From Candidatus Multivoradales bacterium (GTDB lineage Bacteria; Acidobacteriota; Thermoanaerobaculia; Multivoradales; JAHEKO01): a stretch of DNA of 64,000 nt. The notes beneath the pieces were generated by a model. It was given only the letters and a program-made list of their open reading frames with translations. It did not search any database and was not told the DNA's origin. The DNA lies in the NCBI GenBank assembly GCA_965223855.1, contig CBDCXM010000009.1, forward strand, positions 1,440,001-1,504,000, read 5' to 3'. Below are positions 1 through 9,377 of the stretch, piece after piece (the stretch's first letter is position 1; every line of letters begins with the position of its first letter). Both the position numbers and the translations under genes were made by a program.

Positions 1-591
1 ACGCTCGAGCGCTGGGTCGACGGCCACGACCTGGTCTCGAAGAGGGACCCCGCTTCGATCCTTCGGTTCGCGCCGTCGTTCACCTATCTCGGCGGGCAAC
101 GCTTCGTCCTCTACGGCGTCGCCGATACCGAGCAGCACTTCTTCGTGACCAGGGACGGCGACGGCGACCTCGAGAGCGTCTTCTGGGTGCAGTACGAGGC
201 CTACCTGCCGGGCAAGCGCTACACCTACGACTACGAAGACTCGCCGCTGCGTACGAAGCTGGGAGCGTTCGAGTTCTTCACTGACTTCGAGGTCTTTCAC
301 TTCGACCCCGATCGCAGGCGCAAGCGCGGCACGGACGGCGCGATGGTGCGTGAGTTTCTGGCGGCGCACGGCCTCGCGTACCCCCGAGAGGTCGCCTACT
401 CGCGGCAGGTCTATCTGACCGACGAGACCCGCCAGAAGGAGCTGATGATCATCTTCATGGACGACCTCGCCCGCTACGGGACGACGGCGGATGCACTCGA
501 GGGAGATCCCGGCCGCCTGCGCACCGTCGAGGAGTCGCATCTCGAGAGAGTCGAGGCGAGCCTGACCGTGCTGCCGCTCGACGGCGACTGA
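1..591 (+). CDS. Hypothetical protein, 5'-truncated by the window edge
   Basis: Frame 1 is open from base 1 (TLERWVDGHDLVSKRD...FVLYGVADTEQHFFV) into the tracked ORF 145..591. GC3-rich codon usage. Confidence 0.75.
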   Translation, partial: TLERWVDGHDLVSKRDPASILRFAPSFTYLGGQRFVLYGVADTEQHFFVTRDGDGDLESVFWVQYEAYLPGKRYTYDYEDSPLRTKLGAFEFFTDFEVFHFDPDRRRKRGTDGAMVREFLAAHGLAYPREVAYSRQVYLTDETRQKELMIIFMDDLARYGTTADALEGDPGRLRTVEESHLERVEASLTVLPLDGD

Positions 592-625
592 CGCCTCGGG
601 GCCGGCGCGTCGGACGAGTGGCTCT

Positions 626-662
626 CGGACGGGCGCTTCCGGTCGGGCGCTTTCGGTCGGGC
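626..662. repeat. Short tandem repeat, 14-bp unit, about 2.6 copies (cgg[a/t]cgggcgctt[c/t])
   Basis: cggacgggcgcttc cggtcgggcgcttt cggtcgggc read directly. Confidence 0.6.
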
Positions 663-694
663 CCGATGCGAGCACCGGCTCACGACACCGCCCC

Positions 695-725
695 GGCTCT
701 CTGAGTTCCCGGGCTCTCTGAGTTC
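695..725. repeat. Direct repeat GGCTCTCTGAGTTC x2 (period 17) upstream of the PAP2 gene
   Basis: Exact 14-mers at 695-708 and 712-725. Confidence 0.7.
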
Positions 726-756
726 GCGCGGCGCTCGGTGGTAGCGTCGCCGCATC

Positions 757-1887
757 GTGCAAGAGGAAACCCGGAGAGAGGGGTACGCCGGGCCGCGGTT
801 CACCCTGTGGGGGATCCGGCCCTACGAGCTCTACAGCGCTCTCGCGTTCGTGGCGACCATCGTCTTCCTGCGCTCGCGCGGCATGAGGATGGACTGGAAC
901 ACGATCGACTACACCCTCGGTCCGTTCCTGCCGATGGCGGCGTGGTTGCTCTTCGCCGGAGTCGGCCTTCAGGTGATCTACCACGCGCTCGGCGCGTTGC
1001 GGCGCGGCGAGGGGCTCGGTGGCGGCGTGGTGGCGGTGGGGTCCTATCTGCGCACGGTGGCGACCCCCGGATGGATCGTTCTGTGGCTTCGTCTCTACCT
1101 CGCCTACGCGCTGATGATCTACTGCTACAACTGGCTCAAGGTGACGGTGCCGCTGGTCAATCACCGGCTGTGGGACGCGGAGCTGTTCGATCTCGATCGT
1201 TGGCTCCATCTCGGCATCTCGCCGACGCTCTTCGCCGTCGAGCTGGTCGCCGGCACTCCGTTGGTAGGCCTGATCGACCACTGGTACGCCTTCTGGCTGA
1301 CCACCGTCCTCTACTCGATCACCTTCTTCGTCACCGCGCGCAAGCCGGATCTGCGCTGCGCCTTCCTGCTGTCCTGCGCCTTCCTGTGGACTCTCGGGGC
1401 GCTCATCTACCAGTTGATCCCCGCGCTCGGGCCGATCTACGCCTACGCCGATCACTATCGGGAAGTGCTCCCGGAGCTGCCGAAGGCGGCCCAGGGGCAC
1501 CGGGCCCTGCTCGAGAACTACCAGGTGCTGCTCTCGGGGCGCACCGGCCAGCTCTACCAGTTCAACCCGACCCGCGGTATCGCCGCGATGCCGAGCCTCC
1601 ACGTCGGCGCGCACGTCATGCTGACACTGTGGAGCCGCCGCTTCGTGCGTCCGCTCTACATGCCTTGCGTCGTCGGCACCGGGCTCACCTTCCTCGGTTC
1701 CCTCGTCACCGGTTGGCACTATGCGGTCGACGCCTATGTCGGCACGGCGCTGGCCTTCGGCTGCTATTGGTTCGCCACCTGGCTGGAGGGACTCCAACCG
1801 GCGCCACGGCCGGATGGCCGGGCGGCGGGGTCGGCAGCCGAGGGGAGCCCGTCGAACGAGGGAAGCCCGGACGCTTCCGGTACGTAG
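757..1887 (+). CDS. PAP2-superfamily membrane protein, Aur1/IPC-synthase-like (PAP2_3)
   Basis: Multiple TM segments; motifs AAMPSLHVG and GWHYAVDAYVG; DxxLxxLDRWL segment. Confidence 0.8.
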   Translation: MQEETRREGYAGPRFTLWGIRPYELYSALAFVATIVFLRSRGMRMDWNTIDYTLGPFLPMAAWLLFAGVGLQVIYHALGALRRGEGLGGGVVAVGSYLRTVATPGWIVLWLRLYLAYALMIYCYNWLKVTVPLVNHRLWDAELFDLDRWLHLGISPTLFAVELVAGTPLVGLIDHWYAFWLTTVLYSITFFVTARKPDLRCAFLLSCAFLWTLGALIYQLIPALGPIYAYADHYREVLPELPKAAQGHRALLENYQVLLSGRTGQLYQFNPTRGIAAMPSLHVGAHVMLTLWSRRFVRPLYMPCVVGTGLTFLGSLVTGWHYAVDAYVGTALAFGCYWFATWLEGLQPAPRPDGRAAGSAAEGSPSNEGSPDASGT

Positions 1888-1895
1888 TTCTCTTC

Positions 1896-2057
1896 ATGAA
1901 GAACGAGGAAGGATCTCGCGCCACCGCCGCCGGGTCCGGCATCGCCCTGGGAATCGCGCTCGGTGCCGGCCTCGGTGCCGCGTTCGGCAACGTCGCGGTC
2001 GGTATCGCTGTAGGGGTCGCGCTCGGTCCCGCGCTGGGGCTGGCGCTCCGTCGCTAG
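1896..2057 (+). CDS. Small glycine-zipper membrane protein (53 aa)
   Basis: MKNEEGSRATAAGSGIALGIALGAGLGAAFGNVAVGIAVGVALGPALGLALRR; GxxxG repeats; ATG 8 nt after the PAP2 stop. Confidence 0.7.
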   Translation: MKNEEGSRATAAGSGIALGIALGAGLGAAFGNVAVGIAVGVALGPALGLALRR

Positions 2058-2156
2058 CCAGAACTTCTCCCGCCGCCGCACTCTGCTAGAGGTCACCGAG
2101 CCGACTTCGTTTTCCGGTCCCTATGCTCCTCGGGCCGAGGGAGGTGCAGGTCGTCG

Positions 2157-3854
2157 TCAGGGTGTGCTGCGCTTCGCCACCCAGCTCGTGAACGGCACGC
2201 CGTCGATCAGGAGGGTGACGTCCGCCTCGCTGCCTCGGCAGAGGTAGCGCATCCGCCAGTCCTGGGAGACCTCCGGCTCCTCCGGGATCTGGAAGGTGTT
2301 CGTCTGGCTCCGGCCATCGACCTCGAGGGTGTTGATCATCTCCGCGCGGTACGACTCCTTGCAGATCTCGATCTCTTCGTCGCCGCGCGCCTGCCACCGG
2401 CCGGCGGTCGTGCTCATCATGGTCACTGTCTGCCTCGACGGGCTTCCGCCGACATTGCCTTCGAAGGTCGAGACCTGTTCGCGCTCGTGAATCTGGGCGA
2501 AGGTCCCGTCTGCGCCGAAGGTGAACTTGTTGACTCCCATGTCCTGGCCGGTCCAGCGTTGAGGCGCATCGGGCACGGCGTTGTACTGGCTCGGCAGTGA
2601 GGAGGACTCGGCGACCCAGGTGCCGACCATGCAGTGGCCGGCCGGGATCGGTTGTCGGCAGCAGGGCTCGGCCTCGCCATCGGGAGTGGCGACCGACTCG
2701 GCGTCGGCTCCATCGACGCTGATCGTCGCCATCAGCATCGGCTCGGGCGGGCAGTTCACGTCACGGCCGAAGCTCTCGCCATCCGCCTTGCGACTCCAGG
2801 CTGTGTCGTCCAGGAAGCTCACCCACGGGGTGGCTGTCGCCACCTGGACGTCCCATTCTCCCGGCTCGTACTCCATCTGCAGGCGGGGGATCGACAGCTC
2901 GGGGCCCTGGAGCTCCCACGGTGCCGGCGCCACCTCTCCGACATTCGGATCCGGGATCGCCGGCCTGCCGTCCGGGTAGACGAGTGTTCCACCGAGGTAG
3001 GTCTCGACGAAGTCCTGCCACGCCTCGGGCGGCAGGGACTCTCCGACCGACAGGCCGTTGTCGAGACCCTCCTCTCCCAGGAAGCCGAGGTGAATCGGAT
3101 ACCAGGAGCCGTACGAGTGGTCGGCCCAGAACCAGAAGGCGACGGCAGCGTAGTCGAGGTGGTTCAGCGCCGAGTCGGCGGAGTGAACGTCGAAGTGCCG
3201 GAGGTAGCCGTCGGAGTAGGTCTGGCCGGGCACCACGCGGTTGGCGAACCACTCCGCCGTTCCCTCGACCCACCAGAAGCTCCCGCACTGGCCGACGCCG
3301 GGCCAGATCAGCCACTGAGCGACGTGGTAGACCTCGTGGGCGAAGGTGAAGCGCAGGTTCGAGTCGCTGCCGCCCCACAGGTTGCGGAAGACGTTCATCG
3401 TGCAGTCGAGCCCGGGTCGCGGCCAGGCACCGGAGCCGGTGGAGCAGGAGACCTCAGCCTCGGTTTCGAGGGCGCTCTCCAGGTCGCCAAGCAGGATCTT
3501 GAGGGTCGGCGAGGTCGAGTAGCGGGCCGGGCTCTCCGGATGGGGGAGCTTCGCTTCGGTCTCGCTGAGATGGTGATCGACCTGGGCGATCACGTTCGCC
3601 AGCGTCCCGGCTGCCGTCTCCGATCCCTCCGGCCCGAAGATCGTGGCCGACACTCCGAGGGAGCCGATCTCGACCGTCGCCTGCTCCCGGAGGTAGCCGG
3701 TGACCCACTGATTGCGGACGGCGCGAGTCTCCCGCTCCCAGATCGCCGCCTTGTCGGGATCGCTGTGGTACTTGCAGGAGTTGTAGTCGGCTGTCGCGGG
3801 TAGCGCCAGCGCGAGCATCGTCGTCGCGAGAGTGGCAGGGATCCGTCGTTGCAT
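2157..3854 (-). CDS. Secreted HExxH zinc-metallopeptidase-like protein with Cys-containing C-terminal domain
   Basis: AGGAGG RBS before ATG 3854; signal peptide (MQRRIPATLATTMLALALPATA); FAHEVYH followed by WWVEGTAEW (gluzincin-like). Confidence 0.7.
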   Translation of the reverse strand: MQRRIPATLATTMLALALPATADYNSCKYHSDPDKAAIWERETRAVRNQWVTGYLREQATVEIGSLGVSATIFGPEGSETAAGTLANVIAQVDHHLSETEAKLPHPESPARYSTSPTLKILLGDLESALETEAEVSCSTGSGAWPRPGLDCTMNVFRNLWGGSDSNLRFTFAHEVYHVAQWLIWPGVGQCGSFWWVEGTAEWFANRVVPGQTYSDGYLRHFDVHSADSALNHLDYAAVAFWFWADHSYGSWYPIHLGFLGEEGLDNGLSVGESLPPEAWQDFVETYLGGTLVYPDGRPAIPDPNVGEVAPAPWELQGPELSIPRLQMEYEPGEWDVQVATATPWVSFLDDTAWSRKADGESFGRDVNCPPEPMLMATISVDGADAESVATPDGEAEPCCRQPIPAGHCMVGTWVAESSSLPSQYNAVPDAPQRWTGQDMGVNKFTFGADGTFAQIHEREQVSTFEGNVGGSPSRQTVTMMSTTAGRWQARGDEEIEICKESYRAEMINTLEVDGRSQTNTFQIPEEPEVSQDWRMRYLCRGSEADVTLLIDGVPFTSWVAKRSTP

Positions 3855-3938
3855 GGCCAACCTCCTTGTCCGAAGCGAGTGTCCTCATCCGCGACGGTAC
3901 CGGCCGACCTCCTCGACCGACCTCCTCAGCCCGGGCCG

Positions 3939-4436
3939 TCAGTCCGAGGCCGCCGGCCTCCGGGCGCTGCGATCGAGATCGGCGACGATTCTCCAGGGAC
4001 TTCCGTCGTCGGTGCGGGCGAGCACCAGCACGAACATGCCGCCGTCGGTGGCCGCCGCCTCTTCGCCGTAGCCGTAGGCGCCGACGATGTAGGCAAGCGA
4101 GCCGTCGATCGAGAAGTCGATCCCCCGCAACCGGAGGTCACCTCCGGCGTTGGCGTACTTGTCGCGCATCGCCGCGTGGCCGCGCCGCCAGCCGCTGCGG
4201 CCTGAGACGAAGCCGTCGACGACGAACAGTTCCGCCAGCGCCGCTGCGTCGCCGGCCTCCCAGGCGTCCTCGTAGTCGGTCAGTACGCGCTGGAGCTCCG
4301 GCGGCAACTCGACCGACTCGAGCCGCGGTTCCTGCTCCTGAGCCGTCGCGGGCGCCAGGGCGAGCGCCACGCACAGCGTGACCCACAGCAAAGTGGGAAG
4401 AGTTGGAACGGACGCCTGCCATCGAGATGCAGTCAT
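3939..4436 (-). CDS. Secreted NTF2/SnoaL-like (DUF4440-type) protein
   Basis: Signal peptide; YEDAWEAGDAAALAELF...G.FVLVL...WRIVAD pattern. Confidence 0.75.
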   Translation of the reverse strand: MTASRWQASVPTLPTLLWVTLCVALALAPATAQEQEPRLESVELPPELQRVLTDYEDAWEAGDAAALAELFVVDGFVSGRSGWRRGHAAMRDKYANAGGDLRLRGIDFSIDGSLAYIVGAYGYGEEAAATDGGMFVLVLARTDDGSPWRIVADLDRSARRPAASD

Positions 4437-4532
4437 GCGGCCAGCCTAGCAGCCGCGGCCCGATCGAGCCGTGGCCCCCTTTCCCCGACTTCTGCGGTGA
4501 AGAGAGTAGGAGCCCGAAGGAAGGAGACCAAG

Positions 4533-5696
4533 ATGGTCAAGCGATGGCTGAGTCGACTGGAAACCGTTCACGTGGCGACGACCCGCGAAGAGCTCGAGGC
4601 CGTCTACCGCTTCCGCTACCAGGTCTACTTCGAGGAGTTCGGGCGTGAGCTCGGCGGCCCCGACCACGACCGCAAGTGGGTCACCGACGACGAGGACACC
4701 CGCTCCACTACGACCATCCTCTACACCGGCTCGGTGGACGACGTCACCGGCACCGTGCGACTGCGTCACTGGCCGGCCGGCCGGTGTCCTCGCCACGACG
4801 TCGAGGAGCTGTCGATCGACCGCTTCGAAGGCTACGAGGCGCTCGACACCGCCGAGATCGGCCGTCTCATGGTGCGCAAGTCGCTGCGGGGCAGGCTGAT
4901 CATCGCCTCGCTCCTGCGCGCGAGCTACGAGCTGCTGGTGGGAACCCATCACAGCGACCTTGTCTTCTGCTACTGCTCTCCGGGACTGGTGCGCTACTAC
5001 CAGCAGCTGGCGATGCGGCCGTTCGGAGGCCGGATCGTCCCTGCTCCCGACGGCATGATGGTGCCGCTCGTCTCCGTCCCCTCGGACGAGGCCTACTTCC
5101 GCGAAGTGCGATCGCTCTTCCTGCCGCTGGTGCGCGAGTACTTCGGTCCCGGGAAGCGCGAGCCCCTCGACCTCGCTCCCTACCGGCATCTCTTCGAGCC
5201 TCGGGAGAGCGGTGTGGACACCGATCCGGACCGACTGGCCCGAGCGGTCGCTCGGGCGCTCGAGGCCGCCTCGGCGCAGAGTTTCCTCGCCTCCCAGATC
5301 GACAGACTCGGTGACGAGCTTCTCCGCCAGGCGCTTGCCGTTCGGGTGCCTCGTGGCACGCTGATCACCCGTCGTGGCTTCCGCGAACGGGAGCTGTACG
5401 TCGTCCTGCGGGGGCGGTTCAGGAGCCGGCAGGAACGGGGCTACGCGATCGACGTCGGTCCGGGCGAGGTCTTCGGTGAAGACGCGCTGGTCGATCCGTC
5501 CCAGCGTCGCGTCGCCTCGGTGGAGGCGGTCGAGGAGGGTTGTCTGCTGGTGCTTCGGGGGCGTGCGGTCGAGCGGTTGGTGAAGCGACGACCGGTGGAG
5601 GCACGGCTTCTTCGCGGGGAGCTCGAGGAACTCTTCGCCCAACGCCGGGCCGCGCTCGTCGAGGCGACCGGGCCGATGCTGGCAGCAGCGAGCTAG
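4533..5696 (+). CDS. FeeM/N-acyl-amino-acid-synthase-like GNAT acyltransferase fused to a C-terminal cyclic-nucleotide-binding domain
   Basis: AAGGAG RBS. N-terminal EAVYRFRYQVY...GTVRL...AEIGRLMV...YYQQLAMRPFG. C-terminal LYVVLRG...GPGEVFGEDAL...RVASVEA (cNMP-binding cassette). Confidence 0.75.
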   Translation: MVKRWLSRLETVHVATTREELEAVYRFRYQVYFEEFGRELGGPDHDRKWVTDDEDTRSTTTILYTGSVDDVTGTVRLRHWPAGRCPRHDVEELSIDRFEGYEALDTAEIGRLMVRKSLRGRLIIASLLRASYELLVGTHHSDLVFCYCSPGLVRYYQQLAMRPFGGRIVPAPDGMMVPLVSVPSDEAYFREVRSLFLPLVREYFGPGKREPLDLAPYRHLFEPRESGVDTDPDRLARAVARALEAASAQSFLASQIDRLGDELLRQALAVRVPRGTLITRRGFRERELYVVLRGRFRSRQERGYAIDVGPGEVFGEDALVDPSQRRVASVEAVEEGCLLVLRGRAVERLVKRRPVEARLLRGELEELFAQRRAALVEATGPMLAAAS

Positions 5697-6061
5697 TGTC
5701 GGCCCGGCCGGCGATCGCGCAACCGCAACAGACCGTATGCCACCGCCAGCAGCAGGTACTGGGCGGCGAAGGTCCAACTGCCGATGCCGCTCGCCAGGTG
5801 GGTCCAGATTGCGCCTGCCATGACGACGGCAAGGACCGCCGCTCCGTAGAAGGCGACGGCGGGGACCAGCACCAGCAGGCCGCCGAGGACTTCGAGGACA
5901 CCGATCACGCGGCAGAATCCGGCGCTGTAACCCCACGCCTCGAACCGCTCGACCATGCCCGGATCGGGGTCGATCTTCGGCAGGCCGGACTGCAGGAAAG
6001 CCATCGCCAGGATCACGGCGAGAATCCAGTAGGCGATCTTGTCGGTGCGTCGTCTCGACAT
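5693..6061 (-). CDS. DoxX family membrane protein
   Basis: GAGGAG RBS; FLQSGLPKI...FEAWGY...IGVLEVLGGLLVL...MAGAIWTH. Confidence 0.85.
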   Translation of the reverse strand: MSRRRTDKIAYWILAVILAMAFLQSGLPKIDPDPGMVERFEAWGYSAGFCRVIGVLEVLGGLLVLVPAVAFYGAAVLAVVMAGAIWTHLASGIGSWTFAAQYLLLAVAYGLLRLRDRRPGRH

Positions 6062-6161
6062 CGCGGTCTCCTCAGGCTGTGATGGTGCTCCGAGGATATG
6101 CCATCCGCACGCCAGCCATCGGTTGCGGCGGCAGACGGGCCCGGACGAGGACGGGTGAGTC

Positions 6162-6341
6162 CTACCCCATGAAGAACCCCTTGCGATGGGAGACACCGAG
6201 GATCTTCCTGCAGGACGAACAGAAATAGACGTAGCGGCGGCCGAGGGTGCTGCGAACCGAGCGGACGAGGAGGCGTTGCTGAACCGTTTCGCAGTGCGGG
6301 CACAGCGGGTCGATGGTTTGCGTGGATTCGATCTCGATCAT
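6162..6341 (-). CDS. Small zinc-ribbon protein (59 aa), absent from the ORF track
   Basis: AGGAGAGG RBS; MIEIESTQTIDPLCPHCETVQQRLLVRSVRSTLGRRYVYFCSSCRKILGVSHRKGFFMG; two CxxC pairs. Confidence 0.7.
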   Translation of the reverse strand: MIEIESTQTIDPLCPHCETVQQRLLVRSVRSTLGRRYVYFCSSCRKILGVSHRKGFFMG

Positions 6342-6419
6342 GCCTCTCCTACGAGAGTCGCACGGGGCTCATTCCTGGCGGAACGGATCCTGGCTGCGGC
6401 ACACCGATAGGCTTGTGAC

Positions 6420-7037
6420 GTGGAGGAGACGCTTCTCGGACTTTCCCTCGGCCTTGCCGCCGGAGTCAGTCCCGGTCCGCTGCTGACGATGGTCGTCGAG
6501 GCGACGCTTCGGGGCGGCTTCGCGGCCGGCGCGCGGGTCGCAGCAGCTCCCCTCGTGAGCGATCTGCCGATGATCGCCGTCGCCGTGCTGGCGGTCGATC
6601 GGATCCCGGAGGCTGCCCAGGCCCTGCTGAGCCTGGCCGGCGGTTTCGTCGTGATCTGGATCGCGAGGGGTACCTGGCTTCACTCCGCCGATGTTCCCGC
6701 GCCGGGCGGCGCCGCCGGGCCGGCAGGCGAGCGCTCGAAGCTTCTCGCTGCGGTCGTCGTCAACGGCCTCAACCCCCACGCCTGGCTGTTCTGGGGCACC
6801 GTGGGGGCGCCGCTTCTGCTCGCCGCCTGGCCCGGGCGTCCGGGGGCCGCCGCCGGCTTCCTGATCGCCTTCTTCTCGCTGCTGATCGGAGCGAAGGTCG
6901 CCCTGGCAGGGGCGATCGCGGGCAACCGCCACCGGCTCGGCGAGCAGGGCTACCGCCGGCTGATGCTCGGCTGCAGCGTGCTGCTGCTCGGGCTGGGCGT
7001 CATGCTCGTCGTCCGCGGCGCTCTCGGCCTGGCCTGA
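6420..7037 (+). CDS. LysE family translocator
   Basis: GLSLGLAAGVSPGP; NGLNPHAWLFW; six hydrophobic segments. Confidence 0.85.
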   Translation: MEETLLGLSLGLAAGVSPGPLLTMVVEATLRGGFAAGARVAAAPLVSDLPMIAVAVLAVDRIPEAAQALLSLAGGFVVIWIARGTWLHSADVPAPGGAAGPAGERSKLLAAVVVNGLNPHAWLFWGTVGAPLLLAAWPGRPGAAAGFLIAFFSLLIGAKVALAGAIAGNRHRLGEQGYRRLMLGCSVLLLGLGVMLVVRGALGLA

Positions 7038-7078
7038 AGGGTCTCACGGCTTCGCGCTCGAAGGCCGTTGAGGCTGCA

Positions 7079-7106
7079 GCCCGGCTGACGCCGCCGTCAG
7101 CCGGGC
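7079..7106. terminator. Perfect 12-bp hairpin between the convergent LysE and mtrB-like genes (probable terminator, no U-tract)
   Basis: GCCCGGCTGACG-ccgc-CGTCAGCCGGGC. Confidence 0.55.
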
Positions 7107-7109
7107 AGG

Positions 7110-9368
7110 TCAGAACGAGAAGCTCAGGTTCACGCCCACGACGTTGGCCTCGTAGTTGCCGTTGTCGCCGGCCAGCAGGAAGCTGCCCGGGATGTAGGGC
7201 TCCAGCCCGGCGACGATGAAGCTGTCGATCGTGTAGTCCTCGTAGAGGTAGAAGAGCCCCCACGACGCCTGCTCGGTGATGTCGTGATCGAAACGGAAGT
7301 TCACCGCCAGCAGCTCGATGTCCTCGTAGTTGCCGAAATCGACGGCGCTCGACGGATTGCCCTCCGGCGCCGTCGTGAAGTCGGCTTCGCCGTCCGAGTC
7401 GGACAGTCGAGCCGAGAGGTCCCAGCGGTTCGACCCGCGCTCGCCGCTGATCCCGAGGCCCCAGGTGTCCCAGGTCTCGGTCAGATCGGCGCTCCAGTCG
7501 TCGGCCGGGTTGGTCGACAGGGTGCCACCCGACTGCCGCGCCCGCTGCAGCACGTCACGCTCGGCGACGTGGCCGAAGAAGTAGCAGTTCAGTCCCGCCC
7601 CCGGCGTATACCCCGCCTCGAAGTTGTACTGCACGATCTCGTCGCCGATCAGCCCGAACTCGCTCTCCGGGTACGAGTCGTCACGCCCGCTGACCCCGAA
7701 GGTCAGGCTGACGCCGTCCTTCGGTGCGAGCTGGACGGAGAGATCGTAGTCGTCGTAGTCCCTGGCCGCCTGGGTGAACTTGCGCAGGCCGGGCTGGTTG
7801 TTGATGCCGTGCGGGTCGAGGAAGCTCAGGAGCTGAGCCGCGGTGTCGTAGCCGTCGTTCGAGCGGTCTCCGGTCTCCCAACTCGCCCGCAGGGTGACGG
7901 CCTGGCTCGGGCGGCTGTCGAGGGTTACCTTGACGATGTCCTCGTCGGTGTTCGTCGTCTCGCGGAAGGTCCGATCCCAGGACAGGGTGCGGTAGCTCAG
8001 CCCCAGACTGGTGCTGTCGGACACCTCGAAGTCGAGCTCGACTCCGAGGTCGTCCCGGCTGTAGCTGTAGGGCACCGTGATGCGCGGCACTTCCTCCCAC
8101 ACCGAGTGCATTCTCACGTAGCCGGGGAACTCGACCCTCGCCGACTGGTTGTCGTAGTCGTAGTAGCGATAGCGCAGCGACAGCTCGACACGCTCTCCGA
8201 GGTCGGTGCCGGCGTTGCCTACGAAGCTCGTAACCTCTACCTTGGTGTCCGCGTTGCGGACCGGCAGGGTGGAGGGGTCAGTGGCCGAGAAGGTGGCGCC
8301 CGACTCGAGGTCGACGCCGACGATGGCCGTGTTCAAGGTGTAGGGAAGCAGTGGATCGTCCTGGGTCATCTCGTTGATGTTGAGCGTCCCGTGCATCCAC
8401 CAGCCTCCGACCTTGCCTCTGCCCGAGAGGAAGACCAGGTTGGCCTCGTTGTCGGGGGCGAGGTCGGCGAACCCGCGGCTACCCGTGTCGATCGCCGCGT
8501 TCGGCGCCAGATATGCGCGTGGGCCGGTGCCGTCGACGCCTGCGAAGGGGTTGTCCCACACCATCGTGCTGATCGAGTTCTCGAAGATCGAGCGCCGATA
8601 GCCGAAACGGACGCCTCCGTTGTCACCATTCCACTCACCCGAGATCTCGGCGTCGGTGGTGTCGTAGTCGATCGGCTCGCCGATCTCGGTGACATTGAAG
8701 AAGCCGAAGTTGCCGCCGTAGGGGCGCAGGCCGTTGCGGTTCTCGTGGCGGTACTCGGCGGCCCAGGCCATCCGGGCGAGCCGTCCGAGGTCCCAGGTGA
8801 TGCGGGTACGGTCGCGTTGCAGACCGAGGTCGAGGCTTCCGGCGGCGGCGATGTACGGGCCGATCAGCCCGCGCAGGAAGTCGCCGCTGATGCCGTTCGG
8901 GAACTGCTCGATGATCGCGCCCTGAATCGCGTTCTGCGTACTGTCGGCGATCTCCCATGTCCCGGGTGAGGTCCGCTGCCACATCGAGGTGGCACGGTTC
9001 TGGAAGCGATGCGGGATCTTGTTGTAGTCGAGGCTCACCGCGTAGCTTCCCGCCACGCCGTAGTCGAGGGCGTAGCGAGCATCGGCGCGCCCGACGTCGT
9101 CGGCACGGAACGCGAAGGTACGATCGCCGCCGTCGCCGGCTCCCGAGATGCGCAGGTCGCTCAACCTGAAGCCGCTCTTCAGATCCCGGTACTCGTTGAA
9201 CTTGGCCGACTCGGTGTCGACGTCGGTCTCGAGGACCTCCAGGCGGATGGAGTCCATCTGCATCGCGAAACCCTCCTCTTCGGCAGTCGCGTGTGCGCCG
9301 ATCGAAGCGGCCAGCGCCAGCGCTCCAGCGGTGAGAAGGAACTGTCGGGTGGTCTCTCTTGCCATCAT
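7110..9368 (-). CDS. mtrB: MtrB/PioB family outer-membrane beta-barrel (decaheme-associated porin)
   Basis: Signal peptide; SAKFNEYRDL; EPIDYDTT; LAPDNEAN; C-terminal aromatic beta-signal (LSFSF); 9 nt downstream of the decaheme gene. Confidence 0.9.
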   Translation of the reverse strand: MMARETTRQFLLTAGALALAASIGAHATAEEEGFAMQMDSIRLEVLETDVDTESAKFNEYRDLKSGFRLSDLRISGAGDGGDRTFAFRADDVGRADARYALDYGVAGSYAVSLDYNKIPHRFQNRATSMWQRTSPGTWEIADSTQNAIQGAIIEQFPNGISGDFLRGLIGPYIAAAGSLDLGLQRDRTRITWDLGRLARMAWAAEYRHENRNGLRPYGGNFGFFNVTEIGEPIDYDTTDAEISGEWNGDNGGVRFGYRRSIFENSISTMVWDNPFAGVDGTGPRAYLAPNAAIDTGSRGFADLAPDNEANLVFLSGRGKVGGWWMHGTLNINEMTQDDPLLPYTLNTAIVGVDLESGATFSATDPSTLPVRNADTKVEVTSFVGNAGTDLGERVELSLRYRYYDYDNQSARVEFPGYVRMHSVWEEVPRITVPYSYSRDDLGVELDFEVSDSTSLGLSYRTLSWDRTFRETTNTDEDIVKVTLDSRPSQAVTLRASWETGDRSNDGYDTAAQLLSFLDPHGINNQPGLRKFTQAARDYDDYDLSVQLAPKDGVSLTFGVSGRDDSYPESEFGLIGDEIVQYNFEAGYTPGAGLNCYFFGHVAERDVLQRARQSGGTLSTNPADDWSADLTETWDTWGLGISGERGSNRWDLSARLSDSDGEADFTTAPEGNPSSAVDFGNYEDIELLAVNFRFDHDITEQASWGLFYLYEDYTIDSFIVAGLEPYIPGSFLLAGDNGNYEANVVGVNLSFSF

Positions 9369-9377
9369 CGTCGCCTC

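Noticed and set aside
3904-3927. CCGACCTCCTC direct repeat and other micro-duplications (626-662, about 30273-30289, about 10905-10975)
   Set aside because: Unrelated short slippage-type duplications with no shared consensus; no function inferable
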